A stretch of 64,000 bases of DNA from Burkholderiales bacterium. Its GTDB lineage: Bacteria > Pseudomonadota > Gammaproteobacteria > Burkholderiales > Burkholderiaceae_E. The translations under genes were made by a program, and so were the position numbers. Shown piece after piece: positions 45,995 through 54,698 of this stretch. The notes below the pieces were generated by a model, which searched no databases, was not told the origin of the DNA, and saw only the letters and a list, made by a program, of their open reading frames with translations. The stretch covers positions 2,489-66,488 of the forward strand of contig RPRK01000006.1 in NCBI GenBank assembly GCA_003818495.1, given 5' to 3'. Every line of letters begins with the position of its first letter. Position 1 is the first letter of the stretch.

Positions 45995-47191
45995 ATGACC
46001 GCCCCCACCGACGGCGTCCTCGCCGGCATCCGCGTGCTGGACTTCGGCCGATACATCGCCGGGCCGCACTGCGCGGCACTGCTCGGCGACCTCGGCGCCG
46101 ACGTGATCCGCATCGAGCGGCCGGGCGGCGGCGAGGACCGCGGCGTCGCACCGGTCACCGAGGCCGGCGACGGCGGCACCTTCCTGCAGTGCAACCGGAA
46201 CAAGCGCGGCATCACGCTGTCGCCCGGCACGGCGGCGGGCCGCGAGGTCGTGCGGCGGCTGGTCGCCGGCGCCGACGTCGTCGTCGCGAACCTGCCGCGC
46301 GCGGGCCTCGTCGCCCTGGGGCTCGACTACCCGACGCTGTCGGCGATCAATCCGCGCGTGATCCTCGTGACCGCGTCGGCCTACGGGTCGCAGGGGCCGT
46401 GGGCCGACCGCGTCGGCTTCGACTCGGTCGGCCAGGTGATGGCCGGTGGCGTCTACATGACCGGCACCGAGGACCAGCCCTACCGCGCGAACGTGAACTG
46501 GGTGGACTTCATGACCGCGGCCAACTGCGCGATCGGCACGCTGGCCGCGCTGATGGCGCGCGGGACGACCGGCCGCGGGCAGGTGGTCGAGGGCTCGCTG
46601 CTGCGCTCGGCGCTGATGGCGAACAATCCGCTGCTGATCGAGCAGGCACTGCGGGCACCGAATCGGGTGCCGACCGGCAACCGCGGCCAGACCGCGGGCC
46701 CGGTCGACCTGTTCCGCACCCGCGACGGCTGGATCGTGCTGCAGGTGGTGGGCGACGGCATCTTCGCGCGCTGGTGCGAGCTGGTCGGCGAGCCGGGCTG
46801 GAAGACGGACCCCCGCTTCGCCGACGACCTCGCGCGCGGCGAGCACGGCGAGCTGCTGTCGGCACGCACGCAGCAGTGGTGCGCGATGCTGTCGACCGAC
46901 GAGGCGCTGGGCGCGCTCGGCCGCGCGCGCATCCCGGCGGGTCCGGTGCTCACGCCGCAGCAGGCGCTCGACCACGAGCAGGTGCGCGCGGGCGGCTACC
47001 TGCATCCGGTCGCGCACCCCGATTCGCCGGTGCCGGTGCCGGTGGCGGTGCCGACCTTCGAGCTGCACGCGACGCCGGCGGCCTTCCGCAGGCGGGCGCC
47101 TCGGCTCGGCGAGCACACCGACGAGGTGCTGCGCGAGGCCGGCTACCGCGACGCCGAGATCGCGGCGCTGCACGCCGACGGCACCGTCTGA
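45995..47191 (+). CDS. Family III CoA-transferase (CaiB/BaiF)
   Basis: LAGIRVLDFGRYIAGPHCAALLGDLGADVIRIERPGGGEDR, ...NRNKRGITL... and a catalytic-Asp region (VDFMTA). An alternative ATG lies at 45953. Confidence 0.9.
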   Translation: MTAPTDGVLAGIRVLDFGRYIAGPHCAALLGDLGADVIRIERPGGGEDRGVAPVTEAGDGGTFLQCNRNKRGITLSPGTAAGREVVRRLVAGADVVVANLPRAGLVALGLDYPTLSAINPRVILVTASAYGSQGPWADRVGFDSVGQVMAGGVYMTGTEDQPYRANVNWVDFMTAANCAIGTLAALMARGTTGRGQVVEGSLLRSALMANNPLLIEQALRAPNRVPTGNRGQTAGPVDLFRTRDGWIVLQVVGDGIFARWCELVGEPGWKTDPRFADDLARGEHGELLSARTQQWCAMLSTDEALGALGRARIPAGPVLTPQQALDHEQVRAGGYLHPVAHPDSPVPVPVAVPTFELHATPAAFRRRAPRLGEHTDEVLREAGYRDAEIAALHADGTV

Positions 47192-47529
47192 AGCGGGCCG
47201 CGCGCGCGGCGCGCCGACCGGCCGTCGCGGGCCGGGCGCGGGCCGCGCGACGCCCGCGCGGGGCCGCACGCCGAGGCATCGACGCCACGCCGCCGCTCGT
47301 TCGGGCCGCGAGCCGACGAGCGGCGCGGACCGACGGTCGGCCGCACGTGACGGACGTCACCGTCTACGTGGATCTCCCGGGTGAACACCCGGGTCCGGCG
47401 TGCTCGACCGGGGCGCGACCCGGGTAGGCGCGGCGCGGCGGCATCGATACCGTTCGTTCCTGTGCCGGGCGCGATCGAAGCGATCCCGGGACGCCCCGGC
47501 CGACGCGCCGCCCTGGATCGAACCGCACC

Positions 47530-49074
47530 ATGAAACGACTCACCCTTCGCTCGCGCCTGCTCCTGCTGGCCGCCATTCCGATGACGTGCCTCGTGATCGT
47601 GTCCGCGCTCTCCGCCTGGGCGGTCCGCGACGGCACGCTCGCGCTGAAGTCCGTCTACGAGGACCGCGTCGTCGCGCTCAAGCAGCTCAAGACGATCGCC
47701 GACATGTACGCCGTCAACATCGTCGACACCGCCCACCAGGCTCGCGACGGCGGGCAGAGCTTCGAGCAGGCGACGACCTCGGTCGAGACGGCCCGCAAGA
47801 CGATCGCCGACACCTGGGCGCAGTACATGGCGACCACGCTCACCCCCGAGGAAGCCCGGCTCGCCGAGAAGACGCGGGTGACGATGACCGCCGCCGACGC
47901 GGCGACGCAGACCCTGCTGCGCATCCTCGCCGCACGCGACCGCAACGCGCTGACCGACTTCGCGGCGAAGGACCTGTACCCCGCGATCGATCCGGTGTCG
48001 GCCGAGGTGAACGGCCTGACCACCCTCCAGCTGGATGTGGCCAAGCAGCTCCACGACGACGGCATGGCGAACGAGCGCTTCCTGCTCGCCGCGCTGGCCG
48101 TGCTGTTCGTGGTCGCCTCGCTGACCGGCATCGGCGCGACGGTGTGGACGACGCGCCGCCTGCTGGGGCAGCTCGGCGGCGAACCCGAGACCGCGGTCGA
48201 CCTGGCCCGGGCGATCGCGGCGGGCGACCTGTCGCGCACCGTGCAGGTGAAGCCCGGCGACACCGACACCCTGACCGCCGCGCTCGCCGCGATGAACGGC
48301 TCGCTGCGCTCGATCGTCTCGGAGGTGCGGGCGGGTGTCGACCAGATCGCCGGCGCGTCCTCGCAGATCGCCACCGGCAACCAGGACCTGTCGCAGCGCA
48401 CCGAGGAGCAGGCCAGCAGCCTGCAGCAGACCGCCGCGTCGATGGAGCAGATGACCTCGGCGGTGGCGCAGAACAGCGGCTCGGCGCGCGAGGCCTCGTC
48501 GCTGGCCGACGACGCGAGCCGCGCCGCCGCGCAGGGCGGTGAGGTGGTCGGCCGCGTCGTGTCGACGATGGGCGAGATCGCCTCGCAGAGCCGCCGGATC
48601 GCCGACATCATCGGCGTGATCGACGGCATCGCGTTCCAGACCAACATCCTCGCGCTCAACGCCGCGGTCGAGGCGGCGCGGGCCGGCGAGCAGGGCCGCG
48701 GCTTCGCGGTGGTGGCCACCGAGGTCCGCAACCTCGCGCAGCGCAGCGCGCAGGCCGCCAAGGAGATCAAGACCCTGATCACCGACAGCGTCGAGCAGGT
48801 CGGCCACGGCACCAAGCTGGCCGCCGACGCGGGCACCGCGATCGACGAGGTGGTGCGCCGCGTGCACGCGGTCAACGACCTGATCTCGGGCATCAGCAAC
48901 GCGTCGGTCGAGCAGTCGAGCAACGTCGCCCAGGTCAACCAGGCGGTGAGCCAGATCGACCAGATGACGCAGCAGAACGCCGCGCTCGTCGAGGAGGCCG
49001 CCGCCGCCGCCGAGAGCCTCTCCGACCAGGCGCATCAGCTGGCGAGGACCGTGGCGGTGTTCCGCGTCGCCTGA
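47530..49074 (+). CDS. Methyl-accepting chemotaxis protein (four-helix-bundle sensor, HAMP, MA domain)
   Basis: TM1, periplasmic 4HB domain, TM2, HAMP, then the highly conserved signalling hairpin [40 protein letters not shown]. Confidence 0.95.
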   Translation: MKRLTLRSRLLLLAAIPMTCLVIVSALSAWAVRDGTLALKSVYEDRVVALKQLKTIADMYAVNIVDTAHQARDGGQSFEQATTSVETARKTIADTWAQYMATTLTPEEARLAEKTRVTMTAADAATQTLLRILAARDRNALTDFAAKDLYPAIDPVSAEVNGLTTLQLDVAKQLHDDGMANERFLLAALAVLFVVASLTGIGATVWTTRRLLGQLGGEPETAVDLARAIAAGDLSRTVQVKPGDTDTLTAALAAMNGSLRSIVSEVRAGVDQIAGASSQIATGNQDLSQRTEEQASSLQQTAASMEQMTSAVAQNSGSAREASSLADDASRAAAQGGEVVGRVVSTMGEIASQSRRIADIIGVIDGIAFQTNILALNAAVEAARAGEQGRGFAVVATEVRNLAQRSAQAAKEIKTLITDSVEQVGHGTKLAADAGTAIDEVVRRVHAVNDLISGISNASVEQSSNVAQVNQAVSQIDQMTQQNAALVEEAAAAAESLSDQAHQLARTVAVFRVA

Positions 49075-49101
49075 TCCCCGGGAGCGGCACCGCTTGCGCA
49101 C

Positions 49102-49136
49102 GCCGGGCCCCGCGAGGGGCCCGGCGTCGTTTCGTC
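49102..49136 (+). terminator. GC hairpin with weak T-rich tail after the MCP gene
   Basis: GCCGGGCCCC-GCGA-GGGGCCCGGC followed by GTCGTTTCGTCG. Confidence 0.4.
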
Positions 49137-49244
49137 GTGGCCTGCGGAAGGCCCGGCGCGTTCGCGACCGGCCCTGCAGGCGCACCGCACGGGACCCGAC
49201 GAATGCGGAACGGCCGCCGCGCCCCCATCGGCTACCCTGCGGCG

Positions 49245-50129
49245 ATGCGGTGGCGCGACGTGTTCGAGCTGTGCGCGCTGGCCCTGCTCTGGGGCAGCGC
49301 CTATCTGTTCATCCGCGCCGCGGTCCCCGAGTTCGGCCCGGTGCCGCTGATCGCGCTGCGTCTGGGCATCTCGGCGCTGGTGCTGCTGCCGCTGCTGCTG
49401 GCGCGTGGCGGACTGCGCGCGCTGCGCGGCGCGGGCCGGCCGCTGGTCGTCCAGGGGGTCCTGTTCAGTGCCGTCCCGTTCGTGCTGCTGGCCTGGGCCT
49501 CGCTGTCCATGACCGCCGGCCTGACCGCGGTCCTCAACGCGACCGCGCCGCTGTTCGCCGCGATCGTGGCGCACCTGTGGCTCGGCGAGCGCATCGGCCG
49601 CTGGCGGGCCCTCGGGCTCGCGATCGGCTTCTCGGGCGTGCTGGTGCTGGTCTGGGGCGGCGTGAGCTTTCGCGCCGGCGGCAGCGGCTGGGCGCTGGTG
49701 GCGATGCTGCTCGCCTCGCTGCTGTGGGGCATCGGCGGTCACTACACGCGGGTGCGGCTCACCGGCATGAGTCCGGTGGCGATCTCGGTCGGCACCCTGG
49801 CGGTGTCGGCGCTGGTGCTCGCGCCGTTCGCCGCCGCGAGCTGGCCCGCCGAACCGCCGAGCCTGCGGGCGTGGCTCGAGGTCGCCTTCCTCGGCATCGC
49901 CTCGTCGGGCTTCGGCTTCCTGCTGTACTACCGCCTGGTGCGCAACATCGGCGCCGTGCGCGCGACCTCGGTGACCTTCCTGAATCCGCCGGTCGCGATC
50001 ATCGCAGGCGCCCTCTACCTCGGCGAGCCGATCGGCGGACAGATGCTGGCCGGCGCGGCCGTGATCCTCGCGGGCACAGGGCTGGCGCTCGGGCTGGTGG
50101 GCCCCCGGGCGAGACCCTCGGCCGCATAG
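49245..50129 (+). CDS. EamA/DMT-family transporter
   Basis: I start it at MRWRDVFELCALALLWGSAYLFI. Ten TM segments as two EamA repeats. Confidence 0.85.
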   Translation: MRWRDVFELCALALLWGSAYLFIRAAVPEFGPVPLIALRLGISALVLLPLLLARGGLRALRGAGRPLVVQGVLFSAVPFVLLAWASLSMTAGLTAVLNATAPLFAAIVAHLWLGERIGRWRALGLAIGFSGVLVLVWGGVSFRAGGSGWALVAMLLASLLWGIGGHYTRVRLTGMSPVAISVGTLAVSALVLAPFAAASWPAEPPSLRAWLEVAFLGIASSGFGFLLYYRLVRNIGAVRATSVTFLNPPVAIIAGALYLGEPIGGQMLAGAAVILAGTGLALGLVGPRARPSAA

Positions 50130-50154
50130 TCGCCGCCCGGACCGCTCGCGTACG

Positions 50155-50559
50155 ATGCCGGCCATGCCCCGTGCCGCCCCCGACCCGCGCTGCCCCTGCG
50201 GCCGCGATGCAGCGTACGCCGACTGCTGCGGCCGCTGGCACGCCGGCCCCGGGCACCTCGCCGCGCCCGATGCCGAATCGCTGATGCGATCCCGGTACAG
50301 CGCGTACGTGCTCGGGCGGGTGCCCTACCTGCTCGAGACCTGGCACCCGGCCACGCGGCCCGCGGCGCTGTCGCCCGACCCCGCGACGAAATGGCTCGGC
50401 CTCGAGGTGCGCGCGCATCGCCGCGTCGATGCGACCCACGCCACCGTCGAATTCGTCGCACGCTGCCGCGACGGCGGGCGGGCGACCCGGCTGCACGAGA
50501 CCAGCCGCTTCGTGCTCGAGGGCGGCCGCTGGCTCTACGTCGACGGCGATCTGCGGTGA
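50155..50559 (+). CDS. YchJ-family protein (SEC-C motif, UPF0225)
   Basis: CPCGRDAAYADCCGRWH (SEC-C metal-binding motif), then ESLMRSRYSAYVLG.... Confidence 0.85.
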   Translation: MPAMPRAAPDPRCPCGRDAAYADCCGRWHAGPGHLAAPDAESLMRSRYSAYVLGRVPYLLETWHPATRPAALSPDPATKWLGLEVRAHRRVDATHATVEFVARCRDGGRATRLHETSRFVLEGGRWLYVDGDLR

Positions 50560-50654
50560 GCCGGACAGGTCGCTGACCCCCGGCTCGGCTTATCATCGGC
50601 GACCGACGCGCGGCGCCCCGATGCCGCGCGCGAGACGACGAGAGGAGACACCCG

Positions 50655-51662
50655 ATGGATCGACCCCGCATCGAGCCGGCGCCCGCGCCCGCACGCCGCC
50701 GCGCCCTGGCCGCCCTGGCCGCACTCGCCACCGTGCCCGGCATCGCACGTGCCCAGGCCTTCCCCTCCCGCACGCTGAAGATCGTCGTGCCGCATGCGGC
50801 GGGCGGCAACTCCGACGCGTTCGGCCGGATCCTCGCGCAGCGCCTGGCCGAGCGCATCGGCCAGCCGGTGGTCGTCGAGAACCGGACCGGTGCCGGCGGC
50901 ACGATCGCCTGCGCGAGCATCGCGCGCGCGCCCGCCGACGGCTATCAGATCGTGGTCGCCGATACCGGCACGCACGCGATCGCCCCGCAGCTCTACGGCT
51001 CGCGGCTGCAGTACGACGTGTTCAAGGACTTCACGCCGGTCTCGCTCAGCGCGGCCTTCCCCACCGTGCTGCTGCTGCACCCGTCGGTCCCCGCCAAGAC
51101 GACGCAGGAGTTCATCGCGCTGGTGAAGTCGCAGCCCGGCAAGCTGACCTTCTCGTCGGCCGGCACCGGCAACGGCTCGCACCTGGCGCAGACCGTCTTC
51201 CTGCACGCCGCCGGGGGCCTGGAGATGATCCACGTCCCGTACAAGGGCGGCGCGCCGGCCATCCAGGCGCTGATCGCCGGCGAGGTGCAGATGACCGCGG
51301 TCAGCGTCAACACCTCGCTGCCGCACATCCGCTCCGGCCGCGCGCGCGCGCTGGCGCTCGCGTCGAGCAAGCGCTCGCCGGCGCTGCCCGACCTGCCGAC
51401 GCTCGCCGAGTCCGGCGTGCAGGGCGGCGAGGCCGACAACTGGCTCGCGCTGCTCGCGCCGCCCGGGTTGCCGGCCGACATCGCCGCGACGCTCACCCGC
51501 GAGATCAACGCGACGCTGCTGCTCCCCGAGGTCAAGGACAAGCTCGCCGGCCTCGGCCTCGAGGTGGTCGCGGGCGGGTCGCAGGAGTTCACGGACCTGC
51601 TGCGCCGTGACGTGGTGAAGTGGACCGAGGCGGTGAAGCGCAGCGGCGCGGTCGCCGACTGA
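50655..51662 (+). CDS. Bug-family (TctC-like) tripartite tricarboxylate transporter substrate-binding protein
   Basis: Tat-like leader RRRALAALAALATVPGIARA. FPSRTLKIVVPHAAGGNSDAFGRILAQRLAERIGQPVVVENRTGAGG is the Bug-family signature. No tctAB genes are adjacent, so it is an orphan. Confidence 0.9.
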   Translation: MDRPRIEPAPAPARRRALAALAALATVPGIARAQAFPSRTLKIVVPHAAGGNSDAFGRILAQRLAERIGQPVVVENRTGAGGTIACASIARAPADGYQIVVADTGTHAIAPQLYGSRLQYDVFKDFTPVSLSAAFPTVLLLHPSVPAKTTQEFIALVKSQPGKLTFSSAGTGNGSHLAQTVFLHAAGGLEMIHVPYKGGAPAIQALIAGEVQMTAVSVNTSLPHIRSGRARALALASSKRSPALPDLPTLAESGVQGGEADNWLALLAPPGLPADIAATLTREINATLLLPEVKDKLAGLGLEVVAGGSQEFTDLLRRDVVKWTEAVKRSGAVAD

Positions 51663-52089
51663 GGCGGACGCGCCGCGCGTGACCGGTCGCGGCTCGCCGC
51701 GCGCCGGTCCGTGCCTGGACAGACTCGCCGGATGTGCGGTTTCCGGAATGCGTCGGGCACAGGGGCTCCCCCCCTGTCGCCCTGGACAAAACCGGATTCC
51801 GACCCCCGTGGGCTGTCCGGTTCGACAGGGCCCCGGTGCGACGCCGGACCGCAGGACGACTTCCTGCCCGCCGAACGGACCGGCTCACGGCCCCGGCCGC
51901 ATGCCCGTTTCGGACCCTAGAAAGCTTGGCTGGAAGCCGGTGTCGACGGCGGCGAGCCGCCCTGTCGGGACGGCTCCGACGGCGGCGGCGCCCGTCCCCG
52001 ACAGCGGGACGCACACCCCTGGAAGCCCTCACCGGGCCTCGGGTTACCGCGACGCAGCAGCCGCTGACCTGTCCGTTTGTACTAGGCAG

Positions 52090-52245
52090 GATGCGGCTCG
52101 TCGGTTCACTGCGTGATTTCCGAGACGAGCCGTCCGAATGGAATGTTGCGTCGCACCAAGACCCTCTGTAGGATTCGAAGCGTCTCCTCCACCTCCTCAA
52201 ATGGTGGTTTCAGGCCCGAACCTCACGGTTCGGGCTTTTTCTTTT
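52090..52245 (+). ncRNA. Candidate small RNA B: two hairpins, CU-rich CUCCUCCACCUCCUC tract and intrinsic terminator (5' end unknown)
   Basis: Non-coding gap with locally lower GC. Hairpin GGCTCGTC (52095-102) / GACGAGCC (52124-31). CU-rich tract at 52184-52198, partly in hairpin CCACC/GGTGG. Then a strong terminator. Confidence 0.4.
52214..52245 (+). terminator. Rho-independent terminator
   Basis: GCCCGAACC-TCAC-GGTTCGGGC, a perfect 9-bp stem, followed by TTTTTCTTTT. Confidence 0.85.
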
Positions 52246-52507
52246 CCGGGCTCGGATTCGAGCGTCCTGCAGCGGCGACCGTGGCCGCGCCGTGGGCAGG
52301 CCCCGCTCTCCGACGGGGCGCTCGGTCCAGGCTCCGGACCTGTCCGCGGGCTGGGCGGGGTTCGCCCGGCACCGTGCGGCGCCCGCGAAGCGGCCCGCGT
52401 GAATCCGAAGGTGTCACGCCACGCTGACTCCGCCAGGCGTCCGATCCGGCTGCGTGGCTGACCGGCGGCCCCGCGCCGAAGCAGTCCGAACACGACCCCC
52501 GAAACCG

Positions 52508-52539
52508 GAATACGAATCGTTCTCATTACGATGTATATT
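52508..52539 (+). promoter_or_regulatory. Candidate Fur box overlapping a -10-like element upstream of tonB
   Basis: An AT-rich island in GC-rich DNA: GAATACGAATCGTTCTCATTACGAT. The core AATCGTTCTCATTA resembles Fur-box variants of the AATGATTCTCATT type. TATATT follows at 52534-39. Iron-uptake genes lie downstream. Confidence 0.5.
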
Positions 52540-52593
52540 CAGGACTCGCTCTCCGTCGTCGCGCACCTCGCTTTTGTCCACCCGCAGCCGCTC

Positions 52594-53382
52594 ATGTCCT
52601 CCAGGGCCCCCCACTTCAGCGCCGTTGAGCCGATGCCGGCCGGCGCACGCTCGGCGACGGTGGCCGCCGTGCTCGGCGCCCATCTGATCCTCGCCGGGGC
52701 ACTGCTGCGCATCGGCGGGCCGGTGCCCGCCGAAGCGACGGCGGCGATCGAGGCCACCCTGATCGCGTCGACACCGGTCGCGCCACCGCCATCGCCGCCG
52801 GCCCCGCCGACCGCCCAGCCCGGGATGGAGCCGTCGCCGAGCCCGCCCCCGGCTGCGCCCCGCCGGCCGCGCCCCGCTCCGCAGTCACCGGTGATCACCC
52901 GCGCCGCGGATACCCTCCCCGACCCGGCGGCCGAGAGCGTTCCCCCACCCCGCCCGGTCGAGCCGGCGCCTGCCCAGCCCACCCCAGCAGCCCAGCTTCA
53001 GGCCGCGCCGGCGGCCCCTGCGCCCTCGGTCCCGCCGGCTCCGGCGTCTCCCGTCCAGACCCGGGCCCCGGACCCCGCGCAGTCCACCGCCGCGCCCAAG
53101 ACCCTCGCTGTCGCAGCCGTCCGATACCTGCAGCCGCCCCATCTCGACTACCCGATCGCCGCGCGGCGGGCTCGCGAGGAAGGCCGGGTGCACGTGCGCG
53201 TGCTCGTCGATGCGAGCGGGCTGCCGGCGCAGACGCTGGTCGTGCAGTCGTCGGGTCACCCTCGCCTCGACGCCTCGGCGCTCGCCGCCGCGCAGTCCAC
53301 CCGCTTTCGTCCCCACACCGAGAACGGCGTCGCGCTGCCGTTCTGGGTCGTGATGCCCCTGATCTTCGAACTGGAGAACTGA
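52594..53382 (+). CDS. tonB: Energy transducer TonB
   Basis: I start it at MSSRAPHF. A single TM (ATVAAVLGAHLILAGALL), a long Pro-rich spacer, and a C-terminal TonB domain (YPIAARRAREEGRVHVRVLVDASGLP...). Confidence 0.85.
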   Translation: MSSRAPHFSAVEPMPAGARSATVAAVLGAHLILAGALLRIGGPVPAEATAAIEATLIASTPVAPPPSPPAPPTAQPGMEPSPSPPPAAPRRPRPAPQSPVITRAADTLPDPAAESVPPPRPVEPAPAQPTPAAQLQAAPAAPAPSVPPAPASPVQTRAPDPAQSTAAPKTLAVAAVRYLQPPHLDYPIAARRAREEGRVHVRVLVDASGLPAQTLVVQSSGHPRLDASALAAAQSTRFRPHTENGVALPFWVVMPLIFELEN

Positions 53383-53384
53383 CC

Positions 53385-54137
53385 ATGCAGGACGTCTCGT
53401 CCACCGTGGGCCTCGCCCACTTCCTGTCTCAGTCCGACATCGTCGGCAAGACGCTCCTGGTCGCCCTGCTGGCGATGTCGGTCGTCTCCTGGTCGCTGAT
53501 CGTCTTCAAGGGCGTGTCGCAGGCGATCCGCGGACGCCGCAGCGAACGCTTCCTGCGCCGCTTCTGGAACGCGCGCTCGCTCGACGAGGTGGGCGCGGAG
53601 ATCGCGACGCACGGAGCGCGCGATCCGTTCGCACACCTCACTGCGCACGCGATGCACGCACGCGCCCACCACGCGAAGTACGGCGCGGCGAAGCTCGAGG
53701 AGGCCGGTACCGCGCAGGACTTCGTCACGCGCACGATGAGGACGGTGCTCGACGAGGAGAACACCCGGTTCGAGAACGGCCTGACGACGCTCGCGACGAT
53801 CGGCGCGACCGCGCCCTTCGTGGGCCTGTTCGGAACGGTCTGGGGCATCTACCACGCGCTGCTCGCGATCGGCGTCTCGGGTGCCGGCACGCTGGACAAG
53901 GTGGCCGGCCCCGTCGGCGAGGCGCTGGTCATGACCGCGATCGGCCTGGCGGTCGCGGTCCCCGCCGTCATCGCCTACAACGCGATCGGCCGAGGCAACC
54001 GCGTGCTGAGCGCGCGCCTCGACGCGTTCGCCTTCGAGCTGCTCACCTTCCTGTCGACCGGACAGGTGCTGCGCACCGACCCGGCGGACGCGGAGCCAGC
54101 CGCGCGCATGTTGCGCCCCGTCCCGAAGCGCGGCTGA
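53385..54137 (+). CDS. exbB: ExbB (MotA/TolQ/ExbB proton-channel family)
   Basis: LATIGATAPFVGLFGTVWGI...GPVGEALVMTAIGLAVAVPAV signature. Starts 2 nt after the tonB stop. Confidence 0.9.
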   Translation: MQDVSSTVGLAHFLSQSDIVGKTLLVALLAMSVVSWSLIVFKGVSQAIRGRRSERFLRRFWNARSLDEVGAEIATHGARDPFAHLTAHAMHARAHHAKYGAAKLEEAGTAQDFVTRTMRTVLDEENTRFENGLTTLATIGATAPFVGLFGTVWGIYHALLAIGVSGAGTLDKVAGPVGEALVMTAIGLAVAVPAVIAYNAIGRGNRVLSARLDAFAFELLTFLSTGQVLRTDPADAEPAARMLRPVPKRG

Positions 54138-54153
54138 CGCGGGAGGACACGCC

Positions 54154-54573
54154 ATGGCATTCGCCTCGTTCGACCGCCGCAGCGGCGCCTCGCCGATCGC
54201 CGAGATCAACATGGTCCCGCTGATCGACGTGATGCTGGTCCTGCTGGTCATCTTCATCGTCACCGCACCGCTGCTGACGCATGCGGTGAAGCTCGACCTC
54301 CCGAAGGCCGACGCGAGCGTCGACGCCGTGCAGCGCGAGAAGATCGAGTTCGCGATCGATGCAGCCGGCCAGCGCTGGTGGAACGGCGAGCCGGTCGACC
54401 GCGCCGAGGCCGCGCGCCGCTTCACCGAGCAGGGTCCGCGCCAGCCGCAGCCCGAGGTCCGGCTGCGGGCGGACCAGTCGATCGCGTACCGGCTCGTGGC
54501 CGAGACCCTGTCGGACGCGGCCCGCGCGGGGATGACGCGCATCGGATTCGTCAGCGAGCCCGAGCGGCGCTGA
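54154..54573 (+). CDS. exbD: ExbD/TolR biopolymer transport protein
   Basis: IAEINMVPLIDVMLVLLVIFIVTAP signature, plus a periplasmic domain. Confidence 0.9.
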   Translation: MAFASFDRRSGASPIAEINMVPLIDVMLVLLVIFIVTAPLLTHAVKLDLPKADASVDAVQREKIEFAIDAAGQRWWNGEPVDRAEAARRFTEQGPRQPQPEVRLRADQSIAYRLVAETLSDAARAGMTRIGFVSEPERR

Positions 54574-54698
54574 ATCCGCGACCTACGGATCCCCTACCGC
54601 TCCCGAACGCAACGGCCGCCGGCTCGCCCTCGTCGCCGGCCCGCCCCCCCGCCCGCGGCCACGACCACAGCCACCCCGACCCCCGTCACGCCACCGCC

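Noticed and set aside
47655-48938. A 427-aa antisense ORF within the chemoreceptor gene.
   Set aside because: It is a Ser/Ala/Arg-rich mirror of the highly conserved MCP signalling domain. This antisense open frame is typical of MCP genes.
51925-52075. Possible cobalamin (B12) riboswitch. The pieces GGAAGCCGGUG, GCCGCCCUGU, CCCCUGGAAGCC and AGCCGCUGACCUGUCC occur in the same order as the B12-element core motifs and the B12 box.
   Set aside because: Several near-invariant features are missing or altered by eye: GGGAA, the GGUG-N-AA-N-CC hairpin, GCCACUG, and a one-base-short B12 box. The nearest downstream genes have their own Fur-box promoter after a strong terminator, so there is no obvious regulated ORF. 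A cmsearch with RF00174 would settle it; a significant hit would overturn this rejection.
52168-52197. tmRNA or tRNA-like 3' end (GGATTCGAAG ... CTCCTCCACC).
   Set aside because: - No 5-bp T-stem can be drawn around the UUCGAA.
- No matching GGGG... 5' acceptor strand occurs upstream on this strand.
- No tag-peptide ORF (ANDE...LAA type) is present.
- No encoded CCA follows the acceptor-like run.
52531-52593. A longer TonB start (MYIQDSLSVV..., ATG at 52531).
   Set aside because: That ATG lies inside the AT-rich Fur-box and -10-like promoter region. The extra residues are not TonB-like. ATG 52594 sits just upstream of the TM anchor.
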